Assembly: GCA_013415665.1 (NCBI GenBank)
Contig: JAAEEQ010000001.1
Span: 1 to 53,767, forward strand
Direction of reading: 5' to 3'
Origin: Methanomicrobiales archaeon
GTDB lineage: Archaea; Halobacteriota; Methanomicrobia; Methanomicrobiales; Methanomicrobiaceae
Length of the DNA stretch: 53,767 bases
Of the stretch, positions 26,279 to 38,521 are shown piece after piece. The notes beneath the pieces are model-generated. The model made no database searches. It was not told the origin of the DNA and saw only the letters and a list, made by a program, of their open reading frames with translations. A program made the translations under genes and the position numbers. Each line of letters opens with the position of its first letter. The first letter of the stretch is position 1.

Positions 26279-28832
26279 GCGTGAGCACATCGACCTGCTC
26301 TCCCTCGACCATATATGCATATTTTGGCGAAAATGCGTTCTCCGGCAGCGGCACCGCTGCGTCGCCGATGGTGATTGCGGCAGGGGGCGAGAGCAGATCC
26401 TGCTCTGAGAGCGATCTGATTGCATCCATGACCGCTTTTGCATCCTTCCGGAACGCCGGGCCGATGACCGACATGTTAAAATCGATATCGCTGATAACCC
26501 GCTCGAGCCGCGGTTTCTCCTGCCGCCAGTGTACCGTTGCATTCAGTGCCCTGCCGGCATCGCCGGCGTCATCGACGGGCGTTTCGGTGTAGATGGTCAC
26601 CGTTCCCATGGGCGCATTCAGTGCAAGTCCGCGGTCATGCTTGTACCGGCGAACCTCTGCGACGATTCCGACGAGGCGATTGCCGGCAAGGCGTGCCCCG
26701 CCATCGTCGAATGTAAAGCCGGTCCAGGGCTGGGCATGAATACTTCCGTTGCCGATATAGGCGAAGCATTCCTCGGCAAAGTGCGGTGCAATCGGGGCAA
26801 GCATCCGGCAGAGCGCATCGAGCGTGATCTTCAGCGCTTCGGTTGCACTTGTTCGCGACGGGTCATCGGCATACAGGCGTCCCTTGACCAGTTCGATATA
26901 GTCATCTGCGATGACATTCCACGCAAACTCCCGGATAGCCCTGAGTGCACGATCGAACTGGTACTGGTCCATCGCCTCGGTTACCTCTTTCACCGTGTCG
27001 GACAGCCGGCACAGGAGCCACCGATCGGCCAGTTCGGTGACGCGGGCGGCATCGCCCGTCTCGTCGGCAAGCTGGTTGAGGACGAACCGGGCGATGTTCC
27101 ACATCTTGGTCTGGAACCGGGATGCTGCAACCACATCGTTCCAGTTAAACATGATGTCCGATCCCGTCGTCGCACCGCCCGCGCTCCACTGCCGGAATGC
27201 ATCGGCACCGTACTTTTCGAGGATCTCCTCGGGCGCGATGATGTTGCCCCTGCTCTTGCTCATCTTGAACCCGTCGTCCCCGAGCACCATGCCGTTGATG
27301 AGGATTTCCGACCACGGATGGCTCCCGGTGAGGGCAAGGGAGCGGAGGATCGTGTAAAACGCCCACGTGCGGATGATATCGTGCCCCTGCGGCCGCAGCT
27401 GGGCGGGGAAGCAGTCCGGGACCTTCGATCCGTCCCAGCCGGTGACGTTGAGCACCGAGATCGAAGAATCCATCCACGTGTCAAGCACGTCTTCCTCGCC
27501 GGCAAACGAGTTCGATCCGCATGCCGGGCATGGTTTCGCCGGGCGTTCGCTGAGTGGATCGACGGGCAGGTCATTTTCCTCCGGCAGGATGATGGTCCCG
27601 CAGTCATTGCAGAACCATACCGGGATAGGGGTTGCGAAGATGCGCTGCCGGGAGATGCACCAGTCCCACTCCATCTGGGAAACCCAGTTCTCCAGCCGGA
27701 TGTACATATGCTCCGGGATCCACGACACGGTCTGTGCCGCCTTGATAATTGCGGGCGGGTCGATCCGGACGAACCACTGCCGTTCGGAGAGGATCTCGAT
27801 GGGTGTTTTGCACCGCCAGCAGGTGCCCACGCGCTGCTGCAGTTCCTCCTGCCGCCGCAGAATGCCCTCCCGGCTCATGTCTGCAAGGATGGCTTCCCGG
27901 CATTCCTTCACCCCGAGGCCCGCATACCTGCCGGCGATGCCGGTCATCTGCCCCTTCCGGTCGATGGCCTTGCGCAGATCGAGATTGTGCTGTTTCCACC
28001 AGTGCACGTCCTGCTTGTCGCCGAAGGTACAGATCATCACGGCACCGCTGCCGAACGACGGATCGACAGCCTCGTCGATGATGACCGGGACATCGTGCCC
28101 GAAAAGGGGAACAGTGAGCTTTTTGCCGGCGATGCCCCTGTACCGTTCGTCACCGGGGTGGACGGCGACGGCAACGCAGGCCGCCAGGAGTTCAGGGCGG
28201 GTGGTGGCAATCTCAACACCGTCGAAATCGAAGAAGTTAAGCGTCGTCGACCGATCCTCGTAGGCGACTTCCGCAAATGCGATGGCCGTTTCGCAGCGGG
28301 TGCAGAAATTGACCGGATGCTCGCTCTGGTAGATGTTGTCCGCCCGCAGCATCCGCAGAAATGAAAGCTGGGTTTTTTTGTAGTATTCCGGGAGCATCGT
28401 GATGTATTCATGGCTCCAGTCGATCGAAAAACCGCACTGCCGCATCGTCCGGCGCATTTTTTCGATATTGGCCAGGGTCAGCTCACGGCACATTTTTCGG
28501 AACTCATCCCGCGGCACATCGTTTTTGGTGATGCCGTGGATCTCCTCGACCTTCACCTCGGTGGGGAGGCCGTGGCAGTCCCACCCCTGCGGAAACATGA
28601 CATTATATCCCCGCATTCGCTTGTATCTCGCAATAAAATCGATATAACACCAGTTAAAGGCATTCCCTATGTGAAAATTACCCGTGGGATAGGGGGGCGG
28701 TGTATCGATGACGAATTGAGGTTTTGATGATGCCGGATCAAAATAATTGTCCTCATCTCTCCATGCCGCCTGCCACCGTGGTTCGACCGTGGCGAAATCG
28801 TAGTTTTTTGGAATATCCTGTGAGGGGGGCAT
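26241..28832 (-). CDS. valS: valine--tRNA ligase
   Basis: Start at [26 protein letters not shown] (HIGH-region variant), WCISRQR and KMSKS motifs. 863 aa is typical of archaeal ValRS. Confidence 0.9.
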   Translation of the reverse strand: MPPSQDIPKNYDFATVEPRWQAAWRDEDNYFDPASSKPQFVIDTPPPYPTGNFHIGNAFNWCYIDFIARYKRMRGYNVMFPQGWDCHGLPTEVKVEEIHGITKNDVPRDEFRKMCRELTLANIEKMRRTMRQCGFSIDWSHEYITMLPEYYKKTQLSFLRMLRADNIYQSEHPVNFCTRCETAIAFAEVAYEDRSTTLNFFDFDGVEIATTRPELLAACVAVAVHPGDERYRGIAGKKLTVPLFGHDVPVIIDEAVDPSFGSGAVMICTFGDKQDVHWWKQHNLDLRKAIDRKGQMTGIAGRYAGLGVKECREAILADMSREGILRRQEELQQRVGTCWRCKTPIEILSERQWFVRIDPPAIIKAAQTVSWIPEHMYIRLENWVSQMEWDWCISRQRIFATPIPVWFCNDCGTIILPEENDLPVDPLSERPAKPCPACGSNSFAGEEDVLDTWMDSSISVLNVTGWDGSKVPDCFPAQLRPQGHDIIRTWAFYTILRSLALTGSHPWSEILINGMVLGDDGFKMSKSRGNIIAPEEILEKYGADAFRQWSAGGATTGSDIMFNWNDVVAASRFQTKMWNIARFVLNQLADETGDAARVTELADRWLLCRLSDTVKEVTEAMDQYQFDRALRAIREFAWNVIADDYIELVKGRLYADDPSRTSATEALKITLDALCRMLAPIAPHFAEECFAYIGNGSIHAQPWTGFTFDDGGARLAGNRLVGIVAEVRRYKHDRGLALNAPMGTVTIYTETPVDDAGDAGRALNATVHWRQEKPRLERVISDIDFNMSVIGPAFRKDAKAVMDAIRSLSEQDLLSPPAAITIGDAAVPLPENAFSPKYAYMVEGEQVDVLTLNDGVIVTLQAP

Positions 28833-28950
28833 TTCGCAAATGTTGTCTCTGGAATAAAATATAGTAATCGCATGCCCCCGCGGCGCTTTTGGGACCCTCC
28901 GGCGTGCCCGCTCGTGTCCGCGTAAAGGAGGGCAACCAGAATGCAATTAA

Positions 28951-30168
28951 ATGTTTATTGCCCACACTATAGATGAAATGCCGGATGACGTGGGGATAGG
29001 AGTTGCGATCGCGCTGACGGCAGCCGGGATCGTCGTCGCGCCATATATACAACCGCCGTGGGTTCTGACGATCCTTACGCTCCTTCTTTCCGGCGTTCTG
29101 TTCACTATTAAAAAAACGCGGTATATGGCAATCGCAATTGCCGCAATCGGCGTTCTCTACGGGCTCGCACTCCTCTCCCTGTTTGTTTTTGCGGCAACGC
29201 TCGCCATCGTCGTCGGAGGGGAGTTCGCTTTCCGGCAGGGGGAGGGTCCGCGTTCCTACCTGATGTACAGTATCGGCGCCGCAGTCGCGGGCCTCGGGGT
29301 GATGGGATACCTCGGGACGGGATCGCCGCTGGTCATCAGTATTGGGGTTCTGGTTGCCGCAATGCTGAAATCAGCCCTCGGCAACCGGGACGATTCGCTG
29401 ATGGTCTCCGGCCTCGGGGTTGCCATGACGATGTTCCTCTTCCATGAAATCGGGTTCCGCGTGGATACCCGGATGCTGCTGGCTGCCGTCGTCATCGCAC
29501 TCGCTTTCGGCTATTTTTCCTACCGGCTTCGGGCAGCGGATCTCTCCGGGCTGTTTTCGGGTGCCCTCGTGGGCATTATTCTCATCGTCTTTGCCGACGT
29601 ACGCTGGTTCTTCATCATGCTGACGTTTTTCATTCTCGGCTCGGCATGCACCCGGTTCCGGTACGAGCGCAAACGCCAGATGGGCGTGGCAGAATCGCAC
29701 GGTGGCGTCCGGGGATATTTCAATGTCTTTGCAAACGGGCTTGTCGCGGTCGCGGCGACCGTGCTTTTCGGCCTGACGCAGCATGAGATGTTTGTCGCCC
29801 TGTTCCTCGGCAGCGTGACATCCGCGGCTGCAGACACGGTTGCCAGCGAAATCGGTGTCGTCGGTACGACCCCGTACCTGATCACCACCTTCGAGCCGGT
29901 CGCGCACGGCACCAACGGCGGCGTCACGCTTATCGGCGAGGTGGCGGGGACCTGTGCAGCCGGCATTGTTGCGATCGGTGCCGCCCTTCTGGGCGTGGCG
30001 GATCCTGCAATGGCGCTTGTCTGCACCGGCGCGGGATTTGTCGGGACAAACGTGGACAGCATCGTCGGTGCGACGATCGAGAACCGCGGGATAATCGGCA
30101 ATGCCGGCACCAATCTTATCGCAACGCTGTGCGGCGGCCTTTTCGCACTCTTTTTCTTCATTGCCTGA
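28951..30168 (+). CDS. DUF92/TMEM19-family integral membrane protein with an N-terminal multi-TM extension
   Basis: 405 aa. The C-terminal half (GALVG...GSACTRFRY.RK...G.AE...GVRG..NV.ANG.....AAADT.ASEIG) matches the DUF92 pattern. Confidence 0.65.
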   Translation: MFIAHTIDEMPDDVGIGVAIALTAAGIVVAPYIQPPWVLTILTLLLSGVLFTIKKTRYMAIAIAAIGVLYGLALLSLFVFAATLAIVVGGEFAFRQGEGPRSYLMYSIGAAVAGLGVMGYLGTGSPLVISIGVLVAAMLKSALGNRDDSLMVSGLGVAMTMFLFHEIGFRVDTRMLLAAVVIALAFGYFSYRLRAADLSGLFSGALVGIILIVFADVRWFFIMLTFFILGSACTRFRYERKRQMGVAESHGGVRGYFNVFANGLVAVAATVLFGLTQHEMFVALFLGSVTSAAADTVASEIGVVGTTPYLITTFEPVAHGTNGGVTLIGEVAGTCAAGIVAIGAALLGVADPAMALVCTGAGFVGTNVDSIVGATIENRGIIGNAGTNLIATLCGGLFALFFFIA

Positions 30169-30183
30169 AAAAAGGGATCCAGC

Positions 30184-31017
30184 TCAATATTTGAACCAGC
30201 GCCCTTTTTCGTCGTATTCTCCCGCCGGGGCCGCAGGAATGGCGCGGGTGTGCGACAGGTAGAACACTGCTTTAAACGGATAGAGCAGTGCCGTGAAGAG
30301 CATGACGACAGCCCCGTATACCGCCGCTGCCATCAGAATGCCGTTTGTTCCGAGAAGGGCAGTAAGATCCATGGCACCGAGCGATTCGAGCTGGCTCTGG
30401 TCCATCGCCGTGAGCGGTTCGAGCTGGCCTGCAAGGGCAAACGCGAGCACGATCATGCCGGCAAAGCCGATGGCAACAAAAACGGCGAGGGCGGAGAGAA
30501 AAAATATGATGACCCTTGCAGGATTGGCAAAGACAAATTCGACGCTTCTGAGGAGCGATTCGAAGACTTTCCTGTCCTCCATAACCGCGGCGGTGTCGTA
30601 AAAAAACGTGAAAAAGAGAATGGGGATCATGACGCCTGCCGAGACAAAGGTGAGCGTCGCGATGTCGCCGGATATCCCTGCCAGTGTCAGGGGTATGAGC
30701 ACCAGAAACACGGTCAGGATGCCGGCGAGAAAGATGAGGATGCCGGGAAGCAGCACCTGGAAGTAGTGTGCGAATCCCTGCTGGATATAGGCGGAAATCC
30801 CCGTTTTGCCTCCGCGTATCACCCCATACCCGCCTGCAACAAAGAAGGGGAGAACCAGGATCTGGAGCAGCCAGATACGCTCGGCGTAGAACGGATCACC
30901 CCAGACGGAGAGGAGTATCTCCGCTGCTGCAAGGCTTCCCGCAGCGATACCGGTCAGCCAGAGAACCGGCATGGTTTTCAGAAGCCTGATGGCCTCTTTG
31001 AGCGAATGGAGTGCCAT
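30184..31017 (-). CDS. hypothetical polytopic membrane protein
   Basis: Start at the internal Met MALHSLKEAIRLL, followed by about 6 TM helices. The ATG lies 1 nt after the upstream gene's stop. Confidence 0.55.
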   Translation of the reverse strand: MALHSLKEAIRLLKTMPVLWLTGIAAGSLAAAEILLSVWGDPFYAERIWLLQILVLPFFVAGGYGVIRGGKTGISAYIQQGFAHYFQVLLPGILIFLAGILTVFLVLIPLTLAGISGDIATLTFVSAGVMIPILFFTFFYDTAAVMEDRKVFESLLRSVEFVFANPARVIIFFLSALAVFVAIGFAGMIVLAFALAGQLEPLTAMDQSQLESLGAMDLTALLGTNGILMAAAVYGAVVMLFTALLYPFKAVFYLSHTRAIPAAPAGEYDEKGRWFKY

Positions 31018-31018
31018 A

Positions 31019-31609
31019 TCAGCGATTCCGCGGCATCGCCACGATTTCACGAACCTGAAGTTCGAAGTACGATGCGGTGTGGGCAGGCCGGATGACGCAG
31101 ACACAGTCTGCGCCCGATGCGGTCCCCCCGACCGCGATGACTTCACGGTCGACCGTGACGGCACCGCTGTCGGCGGCGATCAATGTGCACTCCACCGCAA
31201 CCTTCAGTCCCACCGCCACGGTCCGGCGCAGGGCCTCTGCGATCGCTTCGGTACGGGAACCGCCGCCGACTTTCGGGGACCGGGAAAGTGCGCGTTCAAG
31301 GCCCGAAAGGACGTGGGTGCCCGTGACGATTGTCACGCCCTGTTGGCGGAGATGATCGGCGGTCTCGGCAGAAAATTCCCACACGCCGGGCTTGGAAAAA
31401 CCGACGACATGCGTAACGACGACGAGACGGATGCCGGCATCTTTGACGGCATTATAAAAGTGAAAAGCCGTCTCGCCGCTGGTGCTCGCAACGATAATGG
31501 TGTCGATTCCCAGTTCGCGGGCGCGTTCGACGGCGATGCGGCTCGCATCTCCGGTATTTTCCGGCCCGGGCCTGTCAAAAAAATAGGTCGGTTTTACGGT
31601 GAAGCTCAT
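31019..31609 (-). CDS. pyruvate kinase C-terminal (alpha/beta) domain-like protein
   Basis: MSFTVKPTYFFDRPGPENT..., IIVASTSGETA and GGTASGAD follow the stand-alone PK_C-like pattern seen in archaea. An ATG at 31636 is an alternative start. Confidence 0.6.
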   Translation of the reverse strand: MSFTVKPTYFFDRPGPENTGDASRIAVERARELGIDTIIVASTSGETAFHFYNAVKDAGIRLVVVTHVVGFSKPGVWEFSAETADHLRQQGVTIVTGTHVLSGLERALSRSPKVGGGSRTEAIAEALRRTVAVGLKVAVECTLIAADSGAVTVDREVIAVGGTASGADCVCVIRPAHTASYFELQVREIVAMPRNR

Positions 31610-31725
31610 GATAACATTTTTGTACCTTCCTTTCATTTAACTGTTTTACCAATGTCTGGACCGGTTTTACTCCGGTCTCCGGCACCGGCAGGCGCTCCTG
31701 CCGGATTGAGGAGGAGAACGACGGT

Positions 31726-32895
31726 ATGATAACTCTTGCACTTGCGGGTAAACCGAATTGCGGAAAATCCACTTTTTTTACGGCAGCGACCATGGCCCAT
31801 GCCGAAATTGCGAATTATCCCTTCACCACGATCGATGCGAACCACGGCGTTGCATACGTGCGTGCCGACTGCCCGTGCCGGCAACTCGGCGTGGTGTGCG
31901 GCCAGTGCAACGACGGAATCCGGTTCATTCCCATCGGTCTTATCGATGTCGCGGGGCTGGTTCCCGATGCGCACAAGGGACGCGGCCTCGGGAACCAGTT
32001 TCTGGACCATCTGCGGCAGGCCGATGCCATTCTTCACATCATTGACGCAAGCGGTGCCACCGATGCCGAAGGGAATCCTGTCGAGGCGGGCTCCCACAAT
32101 CCAGCGGATGATATCGGCTTCATCAGCCGCGAGATGACCATGTGGGCATGGGGGATTCTGGAGAAACACTGGCCGAAAATTCACCGTTCGGGGCAGCAGA
32201 AGACCTTTTCCATCCCCGATGCCATTGCGGATGTCTACGCGGGGCTCGGGATCACCTACGAACAGGTGCGTTCCGCGGAAGACGAAGCCGGGATCAGTCT
32301 GCGCAGCGCCGGAGAGGAAGACCTGATAGCCTTCTGTGAACTGCTCATCAAACATAGCAAGCCGATGGTTATCGTTGCGAACAAAGCGGACAGTATGCCT
32401 CCATCGATTGCCGATGCGCTTTCACGCGAACCGGTGCGGTTTGCAAGTGCCGCAGGGGAACTGGCTCTCCGAAAAGCCGCTGAGGGCGGATTCATCACCT
32501 ATCGTGCAGGGGATGGGGATTTTGCGGTAGCACAGGGCATAAAGCTTTCCGAGGCACAGAAACACGGCCTTGAAAGGATCCGGCAGTTCATGGCAGCAAA
32601 CGGAGGGACCGGGGTTGTACAGGCCATCAATTCGGCGGTGTTCGATCTCCTCGATATGATTGTCGTCTATCCCGTCGAGGACGAAAACAGGTACTGCGAC
32701 GGGCAGGGGCGGGTGCTGCCGGACGCGTTTCTCATGAAGCGGGGGTCGACGCCGCATGATCTCGCATACCGGATCCACTCCGATATCGGTGACGGATTCC
32801 TGTACGCGATCGATGCAAAAACGAAGATGCGGATCAAGGAGACGCATGAGCTTGCCAACGGGGACATCATCAAGATCGTGTCGACGCGCAGATGA
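31726..32895 (+). CDS. OBG/YchF-type GTPase with C-terminal TGS domain
   Basis: 389 aa. G1 GKPNCGKST, G2 YPFTT, G3 DVAGLV and a C-terminal TGS-like GDIIKIVS. Confidence 0.85.
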   Translation: MITLALAGKPNCGKSTFFTAATMAHAEIANYPFTTIDANHGVAYVRADCPCRQLGVVCGQCNDGIRFIPIGLIDVAGLVPDAHKGRGLGNQFLDHLRQADAILHIIDASGATDAEGNPVEAGSHNPADDIGFISREMTMWAWGILEKHWPKIHRSGQQKTFSIPDAIADVYAGLGITYEQVRSAEDEAGISLRSAGEEDLIAFCELLIKHSKPMVIVANKADSMPPSIADALSREPVRFASAAGELALRKAAEGGFITYRAGDGDFAVAQGIKLSEAQKHGLERIRQFMAANGGTGVVQAINSAVFDLLDMIVVYPVEDENRYCDGQGRVLPDAFLMKRGSTPHDLAYRIHSDIGDGFLYAIDAKTKMRIKETHELANGDIIKIVSTRR

Positions 32896-32943
32896 AGAAA
32901 AAGGGCAATGTTTTTATAATGAAAGGGTAAGTACTGGTTTACC

Positions 32944-33264
32944 ATGGCTGGCGAGGTCTATCAGGCGCAGGTTATCCGGAATTTTTTCGAAACAATCACC
33001 GGACCTGACCGGAACCTGACCCGTATCTACATGTGTGTTGTCAGCCTCGCCAAACTGCGCATGGAATCGCCGGAAAAACTCTCGTTCCTTGTCGATCAGT
33101 TGAAGAAAAGCAAGCAGAAGCGCGAACTGTCCATTGATATCCTGGATTATGTCGCCGATGCGGCTCTCGATCTCGACATGCATACGGTCCAGACAGCATT
33201 CGGGGTTACCGAAATCCATGAAGCATCGGGTGATTTCGGGTCCATCAGCCTTGATTCGCTCTGA
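32944..33264 (+). CDS. hypothetical protein (106 aa)
   Basis: Codon usage resembles that of neighbouring genes. Chosen over the overlapping antisense 141-aa ORF. No motif recognised. Confidence 0.45.
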   Translation: MAGEVYQAQVIRNFFETITGPDRNLTRIYMCVVSLAKLRMESPEKLSFLVDQLKKSKQKRELSIDILDYVADAALDLDMHTVQTAFGVTEIHEASGDFGSISLDSL

Positions 33265-33350
33265 TGCCGGCGATCCTTCCTGTTCAAATTCCCCGGCACA
33301 GGTTTTTTTTGGCTCCCCTTCGCCCGGGGAAGCCCGCATGCATGGCCGCT

Positions 33351-33851
33351 TCAGGCTTTGACATTCTTTTCCGATTCCGGCCGGTAGGTATCGATGATAA
33401 TGATGATTCCCTCCTCCTGTTCGGCGAGGGCTTCGCGGTCGGGCGGTGAAGCCCGGTATGCAGCAGCATAGAGCAGGAGCAGGGCCATGTCGAGCTGGTA
33501 TGCGGGTTCGTAGCCGGCAGAATCCCGCGTACGCGGGAGAACCAGGAACGGTTCAGCGCTGCTGTCGAAGGAATAGCTGTCAGGTACCGTCGGACTCGAC
33601 ATGCGACGCGCTGTTGCGGATGCGAGAACGATCCGCAACGCCGCGCGGATGATCTCGTGAAGGTCTCCGTTCCCTGTTTCGGGAAGAAGGCGGGTGCATA
33701 GCCGTATGACATGTTCCCAGAGGCCGAATTTATAGGCAAGAAAAACCTGTGCGATTTCATGGGCGTCATCCGCATCGAGGGTATCGGCGAGCGGGCCCAT
33801 TCTCCCGATGTATGCATCGAGCATCTCTTTTGTTTCCATACGCATCATCAC
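33351..33851 (-). CDS. hypothetical acidic alpha-helical protein (166 aa), third gene of a coupled triplet
   Basis: ATGA overlap with the upstream gene. No motif recognised. Confidence 0.55.
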   Translation of the reverse strand: MMMRMETKEMLDAYIGRMGPLADTLDADDAHEIAQVFLAYKFGLWEHVIRLCTRLLPETGNGDLHEIIRAALRIVLASATARRMSSPTVPDSYSFDSSAEPFLVLPRTRDSAGYEPAYQLDMALLLLYAAAYRASPPDREALAEQEEGIIIIIDTYRPESEKNVKA

Positions 33852-34237
33852 TCAGCCGGAGCCGGCTTGAAGCGGTGTTCGAGCCGGTAGGAAAGTGCGG
33901 TAATGGTTGCCGCATAGAGGATTTTGAGGGTCAGGTTATTGGGAAAATCACTGAAAGGATTGAAGATGATGAGCGCGTAAAGCGGCGTGAGCAGCGATAC
34001 GAGATCCTTTTGGGGGCGCTGGTAGGAGATCAGGGCGAGCAGCACGGATCCTGCAACGCAGCCCCAGACGCCTGTATCGGTCCAGAGGAGATCGGGGGAG
34101 ACGAGCCCTGCACTGGCAAGGATGACGTGAAGGGCGATGCCCCCGAATGCGATGATCGGAACACCCGGCCATGCGGTGGCAGGCAGTCTGGCAAGAAGTT
34201 GTTCGTCTGGCATGATTCGTTCCTTTCCTCTCTTCAT
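33848..34237 (-). CDS. hypothetical small membrane protein (about 3 TM), second gene of the triplet
   Basis: 129 aa (an ATG at 34213 is an alternative start). TAATG overlap with the upstream gene. Confidence 0.55.
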   Translation of the reverse strand: MKRGKERIMPDEQLLARLPATAWPGVPIIAFGGIALHVILASAGLVSPDLLWTDTGVWGCVAGSVLLALISYQRPQKDLVSLLTPLYALIIFNPFSDFPNNLTLKILYAATITALSYRLEHRFKPAPAE

Positions 34238-35583
34238 TATTTGTCCTGCCCGTACTTATCAGCTGTCGCTTTTCTCTCCGGTATGGCATACCCGGACAGT
34301 CCTGGGATGGTGCCGGTAATCGCAACCTCACTGCCGGCACATACTGCGGCTGCAGCGGCAAGTTTTTCGAGCATCGGGGGTACTTTTTCGAGGGTTCCAT
34401 CGCAAAACGCCTCGATTTCCCGCATGGTTTCCTCGTCGTGGCTGTGGTTCGCCTGGAGGCCGGCCTGTTTCTTTTCCAGAAGGGCAAGCGTCCGGAGCAG
34501 GTCCGAGTCCTCGATCTCCAGTTTCCGGAGTGAAAGCACCTGTACAGCGGCGCCGTAACGGGTGCAGATGTCACGAATGGTCGCGGCCAGCACCTCGGTG
34601 TCGGCAAAAAGGTGTTTTTCCTGTTTGTTTTTCAGTACGATATCCCCGGTGCCGATCAGCCGCATCAGGTCGGGCATGATGACCGAGATGCCTTCCGCGA
34701 GGGTGACGGGATCGTGGTGGGGCGGATGGTCAAGCAGATCCCTGACATGCCGGATAGAACGGATCAGCTGGTCATTGCGTTCCCCTTCGGCAGCATGCTC
34801 CGCCTTTCTCAGGACATTGGCAGATGCGGCAACGGTCCGGGAGTATTCATGACCAATCGCGGATTTTTCCCGTGTCAGCCCCTCAATCGCGTCACGTGCG
34901 GCATTAAGGGAATTGATCTCATCATGGGCCCTGATTTTTGCGATTTCGGCTGTGACGGCCCGTATCCGCTCCTCATCGCGCGGAATGTGCGACCAGATAT
35001 CTTCCCAGCGGTTCTTCGCCGTACGGTACTCCCCGGCGAGGTGCAGAAGATCGGTATAGCGGTTCCGCATGGTTTCAAGCGCCGCAAGCTCTTTTTCCGC
35101 CGCCTCAATGTGTCCCGTCATCGTATTGATGCCGGTACCGACGATGCGGATTTCGCTTTTCAGTTCCTGCATGATGCCGGGGTAGCAGTTCATAAGATAT
35201 TTCCCCTGCCCCTTCATCGCCCGGATCATTGCCTTGAGGGCATCCGCCGCTTCCGGATAGAGGCTGATCGGATCGTTCGACCAGTGGCGGGAAACGGCCA
35301 GCTCCATCGAGCGGACGAATGCCGGGACGGCGGTTTCCACGGCACGCAGGAGTTTCGGGTGGCCCTGCTCTTCAGGCGGGGTGTTTGCGAGCGATGCGAC
35401 CAGCGATGCTATCTCGTTGAATGCATCGAGGATCGCCTGCTGCGAGGATGCCGTCCGCTCCCGGAGCTCGTTTTTCACCGCAATCTCCCGGTCCTCGATC
35501 CAGCGGGGCACATCGGAAAATGCGATCCCGATTGGCCCCTCCTCTTCTTTTTTCCCAAAAATACGTTCGAAAAGGCCTGTCAT
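34237..35583 (-). CDS. hypothetical 448-aa all-helical / coiled-coil protein, first gene of the triplet
   Basis: Composition rich in E/K/R/A/L/I with heptad-like stretches. N-terminus MTGLFERIFGKKEEE. The antisense 390-aa ORF is R/G/P/H/C-rich and is rejected. Confidence 0.65.
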   Translation of the reverse strand: MTGLFERIFGKKEEEGPIGIAFSDVPRWIEDREIAVKNELRERTASSQQAILDAFNEIASLVASLANTPPEEQGHPKLLRAVETAVPAFVRSMELAVSRHWSNDPISLYPEAADALKAMIRAMKGQGKYLMNCYPGIMQELKSEIRIVGTGINTMTGHIEAAEKELAALETMRNRYTDLLHLAGEYRTAKNRWEDIWSHIPRDEERIRAVTAEIAKIRAHDEINSLNAARDAIEGLTREKSAIGHEYSRTVAASANVLRKAEHAAEGERNDQLIRSIRHVRDLLDHPPHHDPVTLAEGISVIMPDLMRLIGTGDIVLKNKQEKHLFADTEVLAATIRDICTRYGAAVQVLSLRKLEIEDSDLLRTLALLEKKQAGLQANHSHDEETMREIEAFCDGTLEKVPPMLEKLAAAAAVCAGSEVAITGTIPGLSGYAIPERKATADKYGQDK

Positions 35584-35617
35584 TGCTCTTCACCTGCCGC
35601 CGGCACGCATCTCCCGG

Positions 35618-36896
<1,279 letters not shown>

Positions 36897-36944
36897 GCTG
36901 GATAACTACAATATAAAAGGGCGTCCATTATTAAGAGTATCGTC

Positions 36945-37268
36945 ATGCCGTCCACGTATCTGCTGTATGTTGCCTGTTTCGGGGCGCTCGTCGTTTTTTT
37001 CCTCTGGCTCCGGGACGCACGGATTTTTTTCCGGACCGGCACCGCCGGGTACCGCCGCGCTGCGTATCGCGGCGTCGTCTATGGTGCGGTTGTCCTCGCC
37101 GGCATCCTTGTGGGCTGGTACGGCAATGAATACGTGGCAATAGGGCTCGTGCTTCTCGCCCTCTACCTGCAGGGCCGTGATGAACGCGAGAAGGTGTGGA
37201 CCGATGAACCCGCCTTCGAACGCTTTTTCGGGCATGTCCGGCGGAGCAATGATAAAGCCCGAAAATAG
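36945..37268 (+). CDS. hypothetical small membrane protein (3 TM)
   Basis: 107 aa with hydrophobic helices. No motif recognised. Confidence 0.4.
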   Translation: MPSTYLLYVACFGALVVFFLWLRDARIFFRTGTAGYRRAAYRGVVYGAVVLAGILVGWYGNEYVAIGLVLLALYLQGRDEREKVWTDEPAFERFFGHVRRSNDKARK

Positions 37269-37276
37269 ACATAATA

Positions 37277-38521
37277 ATGGAGAATTGCATGCTGCAGAAA
37301 CCACGGGGGACCCGGGATTTTTTACCCGCGGAAATGGAACAGCGCAGGGCGGTTGAGCGGACCATGCGGGAAACGGCGGCCCGCTGGGGGTACGGCGAAG
37401 TCTGCACGCCTACCTTCGAAGAGATCGAGCTCTTCACCCTCCGTTCGGGTGAAGGGATCATCCAGGAGATGTATGCTTTTGAGGACAAAGGCGGGAGGAT
37501 GCTTTCGCTTCGCCCGGAGATCACCGCCTCCGTTCTGCGCATGTACGTCAATGAAGGGCGGATGCTCCCCAAACCGGTGCGATGGTGCTATTATGCGGAC
37601 TGTTTCCGCTATGAGCGCCCCCAGAAAGGGCGCTACCGCCAGTTCTGGCAGTTCGGCGTCGAACTGATCGGGGCGGACACGGCTGCTGCCGATGCCGAGG
37701 TGATCATGGTGGCATCCGATATCCTCGCCGGCTCGGGGGTCACCTTCGACCTGCACGTCGGCCACCTCGCGCCGATGAAGCACCTTCTCTCCGGGCTTGA
37801 AAACGGTATTCAGCGGCGCATGATGGCTTACCTGGATAAACGCGACTTTGAAGGGCTCCGCGTCTTCTGTGAAACCGCCGGTGCCGCCGGGCGGTATGAT
37901 GCGCTGGTCGCACTCCCGGAATGCCGCACCGTCGAGGAACTGCGGGACCTCTGCGGGAACCTGCCGGAGCTATCCCGCATCGAGGATGTTGTGGGCATTC
38001 TGGATGCGGAAGGGCTTACGTATACGCCCGATTTCGGCATTGCACGGGGACTGGATTACTACACCGGCATGGTGTTCGAGGCGTTTGCAGAGAATCTCGG
38101 TGCTGAAAACCAGATCTGCGGGGGAGGCGCCTACCGCCTTGCCTATCTCTTCGGCGGCGAGGATGTGCCGTCCTGCGGCTTTGCGATAGGATTCGACCGG
38201 GTGCTGGTGTCGCTCGGCGAGGTGGCCGGTTCGCGACCTGTGGTGACTTCCGTGCTCTACACTCCCGCGGCACGGCAGCAGGCGTTTGCCGTCGCCCGGC
38301 AGTTCCGTGCGGCGGATCTGCGCGCGGAGATGAACCTCATCGACCGGGGGATTGGCGCTCAGATGAAACACGCGGCGAAAACAGCGGATTTTGCCATCGT
38401 GCTCGGTGAACGCGAATGCCAGACGGGAACCGTGACGCTCCGGAACCTCCACTCGGGCGAACAGCGGGAGTGCACGGTTGATGACGCCATTGCCGGGGTG
38501 AAGGCATTTGGTTCATGCTGA
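37277..38521 (+). CDS. hisS: histidine--tRNA ligase
   Basis: 414 aa. [10 protein letters not shown], class II motifs ([20 protein letters not shown]-like GGGAYR) and a C-terminal anticodon-binding domain. An ATG at 37289 is an alternative start. Confidence 0.95.
   Translation: MENCMLQKPRGTRDFLPAEMEQRRAVERTMRETAARWGYGEVCTPTFEEIELFTLRSGEGIIQEMYAFEDKGGRMLSLRPEITASVLRMYVNEGRMLPKPVRWCYYADCFRYERPQKGRYRQFWQFGVELIGADTAAADAEVIMVASDILAGSGVTFDLHVGHLAPMKHLLSGLENGIQRRMMAYLDKRDFEGLRVFCETAGAAGRYDALVALPECRTVEELRDLCGNLPELSRIEDVVGILDAEGLTYTPDFGIARGLDYYTGMVFEAFAENLGAENQICGGGAYRLAYLFGGEDVPSCGFAIGFDRVLVSLGEVAGSRPVVTSVLYTPAARQQAFAVARQFRAADLRAEMNLIDRGIGAQMKHAAKTADFAIVLGERECQTGTVTLRNLHSGEQRECTVDDAIAGVKAFGSC

Noticed and set aside
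26529-28364. 611-aa ORF antisense to valS
   Set aside because: It has low-complexity R/G/P/D/H-rich composition and lies inside a clearly recognisable ValRS gene.
32914-33339. 141-aa minus-strand ORF overlapping the 106-aa plus-strand hypothetical gene
   Set aside because: The plus-strand ORF has codon usage closer to neighbouring genes and sensible spacing. The choice is not certain, and both products lack recognisable motifs.
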